DNA of 64,000 nucleotides, taken from assembly GCA_051362555.1 (NCBI GenBank), contig CM120640.1, forward strand, positions 36,909,967 through 36,973,966, given 5' to 3'. Made by a program: the position numbers and the translations under genes. The stretch comes from Lingula anatina (taxonomy: Eukaryota; Animalia; Brachiopoda). The notes under the pieces were generated by a model. The model was not told the DNA's origin. It saw only the letters and a program-made list of their open reading frames with translations, and ran no database searches. This document shows positions 27,201 through 38,800 of this stretch, piece after piece; position 1 is the first letter of the stretch, and the number at the start of each line of letters is the position of its first letter.

Positions 27201-28837
27201 CTCCACTATCACGAGTAGTACGACAAAACACAATAAGCAAGTTGATTGATATACAGCAGGTTGAGACAGCTTTTACTCAAATGAGGTTTTATTAATTTAT
27301 ATTAACTAATTGACCAGGTTATCAATATGGTTACCCAGATGATTAATGAGACTACTAAATTATGATGTAACCAAGATTCTATGTTAATCAGTTATGCGTA
27401 AACGAATTTTGTGAGGATGAGAACTTGTAATTTTTGTTCAATCTTTGAAAACACAGCGAGCAATGTTTATGGGAGAAGTGAGGTAACCTTCTAATACATA
27501 TCTTTTTTCATTTGGAGAAAAGGAAAAAGTCACAAATGATATAATAATAATTTTTTTATTAAAGAGTCAAATATTGCGTAAAGTAACAAGCAATTCTGAC
27601 AAGTAGCATAATTATTGCCCATTTTTTAGTCCGTCACCATATCTTTTTAATAGTAATATGCTTCAAAAACGTGATCAGTTATACATATATACATACACAG
27701 ATATGACAGAAAAAAAAGAACCATACTATCTATTATTGCTTCATACCTATGTATTTTACCTCCAAGTCTAGATGTTCTTTTTAGATTTTATCTACTGAGA
27801 TTCACTAAGTGTATCACTGTCATTGCAAAGCACAAGACGTAATTCTTTATCTCTTGGGAAATGTTACTCTTAATCTCTTTTAATTCTTTTTCAAAAATGT
27901 CTTCAGTCATAAGTGCGACCTTTCAAAAAGTCAATATATTAAATCCAATGGATTCATTTTTTATATATAAATGGCATAAATATGAAACAAGCTTAAAGTT
28001 GTATCCTGGATATATATGTATGTACAGCTGCCAGAATTATACAGACGGCCATGTCAGACAGATATTAATTATTCTCCCCATATCACAATACACTTTTATC
28101 ATTCACAATAGAATTCAGTGTTCAGTGTTACAAAGGAACAGTTCAACACTGGTCAGTACTCTAAGACCAAAATATACTTGTCTATTTTGTCCCTGGATTG
28201 AAATAGACCAAAATCTTAAATTTATAGGACAAACTTCCGCTTTTAGCTCTTGTATAGAACTTGGCCCCAGAACAACTACTTATATTACATTCTAATATGA
28301 TACATCATGACTTCAAAACTGTAAGCCAATTGAAAAAATTGCATAATATATATATGTATATATCAGACATGGCACTTGGTAACAAAGGACTGTGTAACAG
28401 GGGATCATTTTTTAAGTCCTTAACAGAACAAGTACATTTTTCACTTGCTTTTGATATGCAAGTAACTCCTAGATATTACCATAACTCATCACATGTAAAG
28501 TATAAGTTTCATTGCCTGAGAGTTGACTAAAATCACTTATCTTTAAGTTAACTGATCCAAGCTTCATGAAATATCTTTTTAAATAGAAAATTGGAAGTAT
28601 TCATATTTTTAATCCGTAACTTTTCAATTTAAAGTAACTTGTGCGTAACACAATAACAATGTTAACCTATGGTCTTCCCCTTGAATGGTGTCTGCAGCAG
28701 GGAAGTAGATGGCAGTGGGAAGTTCTATACAATGTAAAACTTGGAAAAACTGAATACTTCTCTCCTTGAAAATTGTATCAAAACGTTATTGACCTTGAGT
28801 GACACTAACTTCAACCGTTTTTAAGGTGTCAGTTTTG

Positions 28838-29819
28838 TTATTGCTTTTCCTCAATATGGTTATCATCCTGCACAGGGGCGTCGTGAGTGTAGCCATTGCC
28901 GTCGAAACCATTGTTGTCGTAGTATACTTTGCTGTTGTCTCTTGGTTGATCCTAAAATAAAGAAGAAAAGAACATATATATACCTAATCATTTCATGGAA
29001 TCTACACCCAAGACCAAACAATAGGATTTCATTTCCGTGTGTCAATACTATGCGCCTTAATATGCATATGACCATTATTCCATAGAGCTGCCAAATGACG
29101 TTGCTGCATTATAAGAATTAAACTGAATCTATATTTGCAAAGAAATCATCATTCCAGATTTCAGTAAGAGTAATGGACTGAAGAAATGAACAAAAAATTC
29201 TTTTATTGCAATCCTCAAATATGTACATAATTTTTATAAGAGGGTTTCTAATGGAAATGCAAAATGAATTCATAACACATTTCTAGCTTTTTTTTTTAGC
29301 TAAAACCTATTTGATTTAAAACTGTCGTTGTATTGTTTGTAAGCAAGCTTTATATGACAATTGGGTTGCATTCTACCCAGGGAGGTGAGAATGTCTACAC
29401 AGTCTGAATCAAGGTCCAAAAATATGCCAGACATATTTTTGTATTGTCATCTGAACTGAGATGCAGTGATGACACTTGGGTATATAAGAAACAGACTTTA
29501 CTTTTTAAAGTTAAAAATGTAAAAAGTTAAAACTCCATAACATCAAATTTTATTGAAACATTTTATGTTCCAGGAATAATCCACCAACACTCATAATGGC
29601 AGTGTTCCTTTTGCATTAAGAAAATGTTCATACTTAGACTCTACAGCTATTCCATATGTTTGTATTTCAGGGTGAATAATCCATTTAGGGATGATTCAAT
29701 TTTTAAAATGGTCATGTGCTCAAGCTCTACAGGTAACATTATTACAAAGTACTACTTCTACACTGAAAGAACTGTCTCAACATCCCTAGAAAACATTTTC
29801 AAGCAAAAAAAAAAAAAAA

Positions 29820-29850
<31 letters not shown>

Positions 29851-32800
29851 AATAATAATAAAAACATGACCACACACATTTGGGGATGCTACATAACATG
29901 CACCAGTACAAACTTTCCCACCATCACAAAAATTAACCTGACATAACTATGGGAAGTTATGTCCATTTTACCACGGAAAACAAATATTCCTTAAGTATAG
30001 CCAACAAAGTACACCTGCACTGCTTTTGACAGGAATCTGAAAGTTTAGAAAGTACCATGCAAAAGTTCTACAACAGTTAAAGACCATTACCAGGTTGAAG
30101 AATACTGCAAGTTATACATGCATGCACATTGAAATATTCAATCAGGTGAAACACTTGCAAACAATATACATAGAAATAGCTATAAAGTGAAGGCTCCAAT
30201 CATATGTTAGGGGATGTGTTAGGGGATATGTTGTGCATAAATGGGAATAGGAAATTTCACAAAGCTGTACTATAGCACATATAGGGTGTGCTGAGTATTA
30301 GTAATTTTATTAGTAACTAGATTAGTTATGAGCAATTACAGTTACCATATTCACCAAGGGTTTTTCTCCATTCCTTATATTCCAAAAGAATAAGAAAAAG
30401 GCCCAAGTAAAATATTGGTTAGTAATATTCAATGTAAATAATAAGCTAAATCCCCCAGCTATGAGAGAACAAACAAAAAAGTCATCAAGCAGAAAAATAA
30501 TATTAGTGTACAAAATTATGACAAATAAATTCAAGCAATATATATATATATATGTATATGGATAAATAGAAGTAGACTTAAGAAATTGAAAAGATATGTA
30601 TGAGAAACTACGTAATTAATTTTTTATAGTTTGTGTTTTGAGTAATTAATCTTTGATCCTGTACAAGAAAATCTCTTTTGAAATTATTAACTTTTAAGAA
30701 ACAGAACTGTTTCATTAAAGTATATGCAGCATAGTAGTAGCAGTGAAATAATTTTTTCTAGAAACTGTGAAAGCACTAACAAAAGCAAGCACTAATCTCA
30801 CTAAAAATCTTTAGTTGAAAAGTTGTCACAAATGTTAAAAGGCTTAAATTGTTAGACAAGGTACTTGCAGAAGTAAAAGTAATTGAAACAACCAGGAGTG
30901 GTCTTATGCACCTAGATATATCTGAAATTTAGAGATAGTTAATCCAAAAGAGATCTTCCTGTGCTGGATAATTAGCTTTTCATGTACAGGCATACCTTGT
31001 GGCTAGTGAGGCTTTGAGTGGACTTTCTGTATGCCCTTTCTTTACGGAAATGGCAGCAACGTTCCACCAGGATAAATACGCCTATGAGAATTATGGCCCC
31101 GCCAACACCCCCAATTATAGAAAATATCTGTATATCTGTCAGGTCTGCAAAATAAGCAACAAACAAAGCAAAATAAGTGACCTTTAGATGACCTTGCCCT
31201 CATTTTTTTCAACTACTCAAAAATGATGAGTCATGCTTGTTGCTGCAGCGTGTCCAGGATAACCTTAGACATCAAGTTAGACCAGAATCAAAATTTTCTG
31301 CAACTTTTAAATTTTCTGAACAGTCTATAACACAGTCAAACAACCAAGATACGATGCAGTCAATCGCATGAGCCATACATTTTTGCTACAGAGGCAGGCA
31401 GACTCGGTGAGAGCACCAGAGCCTGACCAGGGGTGATCTGCTGCTGCCCCCTATTTACCTGCATGTTGTGAAGTTTGTAAACATGACTGGTTTCATACTC
31501 TCTCCGCTGTTGACAGCATTTGCAGATGAACACCATAAGCATGAGCAACAGAAGCAGGGCTGCTACACACACCACAATTACTATCACCATTGTTGTGTTT
31601 AACAAACCTGAGACACCTGTAAAATATGGCATGATTATTACAGCTCCAAACTTTTCAATTTTGTTTTGATGCTTTAATATTTCAATTTTTTTTTTGCCTG
31701 AATGGTCACTGGTAACAAGTATGCAGAAACAGAGGGGAAATTTCAATTTGAAAAATATTGATTATTTTAATTTTAATCTGGGCATTTATGCACTTTGTAA
31801 ATATTTGCAATGGCTAGCATATAATGAATATGTGCCACAAAAAAAGGAAATGGGGATAACTTACTCTTGATCTATTATTTTTTAAACATGTTAACTTGAA
31901 TTCCAAGAACAACAATCTTGAAAATTTTTTGATTTTTCAAAAACTGTTGTGATCAATCAATTAATACTAATTCCAGTCAAAATGAAATTTTGTTTTCTGT
32001 TAGCTATAAGCTGTCCCTGTAAAATATGTTAATCAAAATCCTGAAATGCAATTATTATTCAGAATAAGAGATATATAGTAAATTATCTAGCAGTGAGTTT
32101 TTTTACTTGTAAATTATTTCATTATTCAAAAGGTAATTCCTTGCAATCAAGCCTTCCAAACTTTAAAAAGAAAATCAATCCAACAAGGAAGGTTTTCAAC
32201 TTCTTTCCCCTTATTCATGTATAAGTCTGAACATCTTCTGTGGCTTTTTCTCTAAATCCTCCCATTAAACTCAGAAACAATTAAATTGTCACTTACCACC
32301 AGTTGGTTTTTTATCTGTCCCTGAATAAATAAGAAAAAAAAGGAATTAGAAAGAATTTGTATAGTATCATCATTATTTATAAGCTCATGTCACAGAAAAA
32401 CCATAAAGATGCCTTAATTATCAAATAAATGTCTGGAAAATTCATCATTAATATTTATTTTAATAACATCTATTTTGCATGTGATTCTGTATCTCAAACT
32501 CTAGATCATTTCTTGACAACAGTTTGTTCAACAAAAAGTCATATATTACCCTGTTGTTTTTTCGGCTCTACAGTTATAGAGCCCAGGTCTGCAGTCAGGC
32601 TCTGCGAGGAATAGTTTGCCCTTTTCAGGGCCTCCAGTGAATCACTCTGGGCTGCAGCTTCGCTGTTATCAGGAACGTCAGCCTCTATATCCAGTTTGGC
32701 AACCACACTGCCTGGCCTGAAAATACATCAGACTGGAATACTGGACAAGGTCTTAACTTCATCTACAGGACAATAATTCAGCAATTTAAAGCGTTGATTT

Positions 32801-35800
32801 TTCAACCAAAAAGACAGAGTTATTGATACAGCTTTCAGTGACAACCTCAATCTGTTTTTTCCTTCACAATTTAATAAGTCGCATTCAAATTCAAAACATT
32901 ACTTGCCAATAGGTCTAACTCTCCTCTAGTAAAGATGCAAGAACTTACGCAAATTCTGCAACCCTCATACTCCTGTAACCTGGCAGTGCTTCTTTCAAAG
33001 CAGGCTCAACCTGGAACAAAACAGATGCTGTTTATAAAAAATAATAACATCTAAATTGTGCCTTAAATCATACTTACAGGGAAAATAGAAGTAGTAGTAG
33101 TAGTAGTAGTAATCTTCACAAGTCTATTATTTTATTTTACAAAGTCAGTGGAATTAATTATTAATTCCACTGACTTTGTAAAATAACTAAGATCCATACG
33201 GCATAACCAATGCCAATATCCTGGCTTTACATTGCATGTTGTTATATCTTATCACATCACCAGCTTGGTCATAGATCTTAGAGTAAAAGAAAGTGGATGC
33301 TGACTTTTGTGTAAGAACGACTTAAATGCAAAGAATGAAAATGAAAGTTTTTATTCATTGACTATAGCAAACTCACGGCTGCCTTCACTTTGCTCTCAAG
33401 TTCTATAAACTCTTCTGTGTTCCTGTTCCTCAGGTTTTCAGTGAATGTGACACTGGTAAATCTGACAGATGCAGACATGGTAACTGTCACTAAAATAGTA
33501 AAAAAATGTCAAGTCAATTGCATTCAGTTATTTATTAGTATTAATCAAAGCACTTGATGCCCTTTGTAAATAAAGCTGGAAGTTCATTATGTCATATTTC
33601 AATAATATTTTGAAACAGTTCCAACAGTTTTGGTTATCTTAAGTTGGAGCCTTTTTACAATAGCAACTCAACTTTGCACAAATTTCAGAAACAATTTTCC
33701 ACCCAACATTTCATAAATACAAAGAAGTGGTCAGTAAAGAAAGCAGTCAACTTTAGAGTTGGATAGTAATATATATAAAAGAGTTTAAATTGTACGTATT
33801 GAAAAAAAACAAAACAAAACAAACACATACCTGAAGAGCATGTCTTTATGCATATTTTTTCAGACGAAATAACAGGGGTTTTGGCATGCTTGTTTATAGA
33901 TGTGCCAGACACGCTTCCACCAACAGCATACATAAAGTAGTAGCAATCAGTGTCAGAAAACTGGAAGTCATTCTGGTTATCTCCAGTGTTTCTTGCTCTG
34001 GTAAACTTGATAGTTGTGACTCCAAACAGTTGGGAGCCCTCTATATTTTTTATATCTGACCTTGAGTCCACTAATGGTGGAGAGTAACCCACTGCTTTCC
34101 TGAAGAGTACATAGAAAACAATATATGAAAGTTGCCATTTTAACTGCTTTGCAAGTTCAAAATTGATGAAAATAATATAAAGGACTTTTTTGTCTACTGT
34201 ATCTTACATCTGTTGTAAATGATTTTTCAACAGGAGTACAGATAAGAGCACGGACATAAAAGGAAAGATCATATGGAACATTAGAGCACTGGATGAATCA
34301 GAACATTCACAACTGAGTTTGTTTATTTTCACTAAAGCAATGTTAAATATTATTTTCCTCTGACTAAATTAAATTGGATTATTTTTGACCAATTGCATTT
34401 CCGAAGAAAATTATTATACACCTCAAACTGAATATGCTCATTAGACATCAAATACAAAACACATATAGAGTTTATAATTAATTACCTGTCCTGTACAACA
34501 ACTCTTCCATCAGCCTCCACCCAACCAACAATAACATCTGTGTCAGGCTTTAAAAAATACAGATATAAAAATAAGTAACATAAAAAATGCATAATTTCTG
34601 CTAAAACTTTTTATTTAGGAGTTAGCTTTAAATGACTAGAGTAAGTCTCTACATATTGAAATTAAAATGAAACATTCTGATCAATTCACAAACACAAAAC
34701 AAGACTGTTAATCCATAAAAAAAATTTCTGCAAAGAGCCAGCAGCTACATGTTCTCATGTTTTTCTCTGTGTCAATTACAACATCTCAGAAACAAATACT
34801 GTACAACACAATATCATTCTTTGAGTCTCAGATTTTCTTTTAAAACATAATCTTCAACACTAATTTTGAAGCAGTGACATTGGCAAATAACGTGATTTTT
34901 AACAATCATTCCCCCCAAGTTGATTACATACCATAATGGCAGCTTGTCCAATATATTTAACCTATATGTAAACCACACTAAACACACACTTATTTATTAA
35001 AATGACCTTTTTCTCAATTGTTATTTTCCATTAACTGAAAACTTAATAAATCAGTTACAAAATAAAAATCATTTGACCTACCATATTCCTATCCGGTGAG
35101 AATCCAATACCAATCCATTTGTTCTCAGTGTTTTTGGCTTTCAGAGTAAATGTCACCTCATCTACAGCTGCGTCATATTCCCAGGTGGCTTTGTATTCAC
35201 AGTCATCATCAGTACAGCTAGTTGGTTGCTTGTGTTCATTGCCACATGGTTTGGTGATTGGTTGTTCTGTAAAAACACAGAATTGTCCATAGTTAAGTGC
35301 AAAAAACATGTAGACCTGTTGCACACATAGTTAACAGCAGAATAACATATGAAAAGAAACTTAATTGATCATAAAGATTGCATAGAATACCCAGAAATTG
35401 TTCAAGTTCAACCTAAACATTCATTAGACCACTTATGAAAATTATTTTTTTTACAAGATTTATGACTTTGACTAAGGCCAATATGCTGTTTTGCAAATTG
35501 ATATTGACCGGAAGCCAAAGTCAATTATTATATGTAATTATATAATTTAATACCCAAAATATCAATGTTCTTCACGATAACACCAAAATTACAATATTGC
35601 TGTCATCCAACATTGTTATCATCTGGATGCCAGTGTGTTTCTTTAAAGACTTGTCAAAAAAAAAGTTTTTTTTTTTTTTTTTTTTTTGGGGGGGGGGGGG
35701 GGGGGAGGGGGAGGAGGTGTTGAATCACCTTGTACATAATATCTCAGCGACTAATAACATGCTGTACACTCACCCACAAAGTTGAGTCTAGCCTGTCCTC

Positions 35801-38800
35801 TTTGGGCACCATGACCATGATATTTGATCTCATCTGGACGATAAAAGTTGGACACAGCTGGGTTTCCTTTTTCAAGGCCAGACTCTGGGTTGTGGTAATA
35901 TTGACCAATCTGCTGACCACGGGCCCAGATGACATGCATCAATTCATTTCTAATGTCATGATCCTGTTGTTCAGTAGCTACAGCCAAAAACAAAATTTAC
36001 ATATTTATACATGAACGGCATCTGGAAATCTTCACTCTCACAGTCTGATATATAAATAGGGTGAAAATTGCAATCTTATGTGAATTTTATATTATTTATA
36101 AATTCCATGCAAATGCATTTCCTTTTTTCCTTTGTCTATCAAAATTATACAACACAGCACAACTTCAAAAAAGTCCATACACAATGTTCAGCGATTCTAT
36201 TATATATATTGTTGTGAAGTTGTGCCGTGTTGTGATATATATATATATATATTGGTCATGTCAAGAACATCAGTGCCTATACTGTCTTTAAAACACTGAA
36301 CTTTCTTTTAGCTATTCACCTTCCAACTTCTTCCTGAATAACACTGTGGTCACTCCATTTTGCTCATATGCCAGTGCTGCTGTTAGACTGTTGAAGCCAT
36401 TGTCATAAAAAGAATCGGGTCTTGGCGATGAACGATCACGAGTGTAGTAGTCTCCCACATTGCCTCTCATACCACGAGCTCGTCCAATGACAATGTCTGT
36501 GCAGTCCATTGCATGCAAGCCAGCTGATATGTGAAGAATGAATCAATGTCATGTGTTAAAAATGTGCCATGTCATTTTGCTCAGTGAGTCATTATAATTT
36601 ATAATTGTTGGGTTTATTTAGCATCATTTTTTCATGTAAATCTTAAAGTCTCAGATGCCATACAGTTAATGGAAATAATCAATTTACAACTAACATTTTG
36701 TTATAAATATACACAAAGCAAGATAACACCTTTTAATAAAACCTTTAAAAAATTCTTAATCATTTAAGTGACAAAGCAAAGGGTTTTCAACCCAAGTACA
36801 TAAAACACTTCTTGTTGAATTTATCTGAGGACAAGTTATATTTTTGATCATAATGAAAAAATAAATGAATAAATACCATGAATTAATGTTGCAAAAAATA
36901 TCAAATTGACCACCTCTTGACTAACCCGAGTTTCTGTCAAACAGGTTAACACAGTTATATATATTGGGTCCCAATCCAGAAGTCAATGCAAGAATAGAGC
37001 CCAAGTTGATGGAGGAATTTGAAAAACCATCACTTAAGTGTTGGTTAAGAACTTTTTTATTTTCCAAAATTGTTACACAGTTATGGCGAGTATCAGGAGA
37101 CAAGGACCAAAGGTGCATGTTTAAACGAAATAATATGCTTGAACATGCAACCATGTAACCATGCATTGTTAGAACTTAAAATTACATTTTAAAATTGTAG
37201 AGGAACTTTATCCTAATGTGTCATCTTATGAATCTTTCAGGATTCATTTCTGTTAGACTTTAAATAACACATACCTGATCCTTCCGGTTGTGCCCCTGGT
37301 TCTGAAGTGGCCCCTGGTTCTGAAGTAGCTCCTGGTTCAGGTGTGCTTCCTGGTTCTGGAGTAGCTCCTGGTTCGGGTGTGCTTCCTGGTTCTGGAGTAG
37401 CTCCTGGTTCGGGTGTGCTTCCTGGTTCTGGAGTAGCTCCTGGTTCGGGTGTGCTTCCTGGTTCTGCAGTAGCTCCTGGTTCGGGTGTGCTTCCTGGTTC
37501 TGGAGTAGCTCCTGGTTCGGGTGTGCTTCCTGGTTCTGGAGAAGCTCCTGGTTCGGGTGTGCTTCCTGGTTCTGGAGTAGCTCCTGGTTCGGGTGTGCTT
37601 CCTGGTTCTGGAGTAGCTCCTGGTTCGGGTGTGCTTCCTGGTTCGGGTGTAGCTCCTGGTTCAGGTGTGCTTCCTGGTTCTGGAGTGGATTCTGGTTCTG
37701 GAGTAGCTCCTGGTTCTGGTGTGCTTCCTGGTTCTGGAGTAGCTCCTGGTTCTGGTGTGCTTCCTGGTTCTGGAGTAGCTCCTGGTTCGGGTGTGCTTCC
37801 TGGTTCTGGAGTAGCTCCTGGTTCAGGTGTGCTTCCTGGTTCTGGAGTAGCCCCTGGTTCGGGTGTGCTTCCTGGTTCTGGAGTAGAAATTGGTTCTGGA
37901 GTGGATTCTGGTTCTGGAGTAGAAGTTGGTTCTGGTGTGGATTCTGGTTCTGGAGTAGAAGTTGGTTCTGGTGAGGATTCTGGTTCTGGAGTAGAAGTTG
38001 GTTCTGGTGAGGATTCTGGTTCTTGAGTAGTTGGTTCTGGAGTGGATTCTGGTTCTGGAGTAGAGGTTGGTTCTGCAGATTAATATGTTATTTGCAATGT
38101 GTCATCATTCAATAAAATATATAAAATGAATGCTTTATTGCACTTATTTATAGAGAAGAAAAATCTGTGCACAAACCTGCAATATTACTCATTAACCGTT
38201 ACCAGTAAAGGGAAGCTTACTTTAGACAAACTTATGTACAATGAGCAACTGAAGACCTGTGAAGTATCCTTTTATGTAAGAAACTAAAACCGGTATTTTT
38301 ACTAAACAAAAAGGTTTTAAGCTTATACAATTGAAAAAATAAAAACAATGTTGAATATGTTATATTCTATCTTTATATAAGTCCATTTGGGGATAAACCC
38401 ATCTTTTGACAAACGCCTAATGTAAATTAAGCTATCTAGTTCTACTTTTGTTAGGCAAAGCTCATATATAGTGCTCAATGAATCAGATGGCATAAACAGA
38501 AATCCTGATGTTTCTGGGGCAGATCTATGGTATCTTTTCACAAAAGTTCCAATGTCTTAAAACATGATAACTACAAGCCTAACAAAACTATCAAAAATTT
38601 CTGCTATCATTTGCAAATTTCAAAGAACATATGGAAGCATTTTGAGTGTCACTCTTTAAAAGGATAATATGATGACTCAATCCCTTGCAATGTCATGATA
38701 TGTTATTAAAAACAAAACTAAAAACACAATTTTTGTTTTACTTATTTCGGCACAAAACCAAATATTTCCTTTCACTATTCTTGATTGAGTCAGTGAATAA

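Noticed and set aside
36921-37166. ORFs of 64-81 aa between array 2 and the DOMON-1 second half
   Set aside because: No convincing splice-site pair or motif; flanking exons already join in frame.
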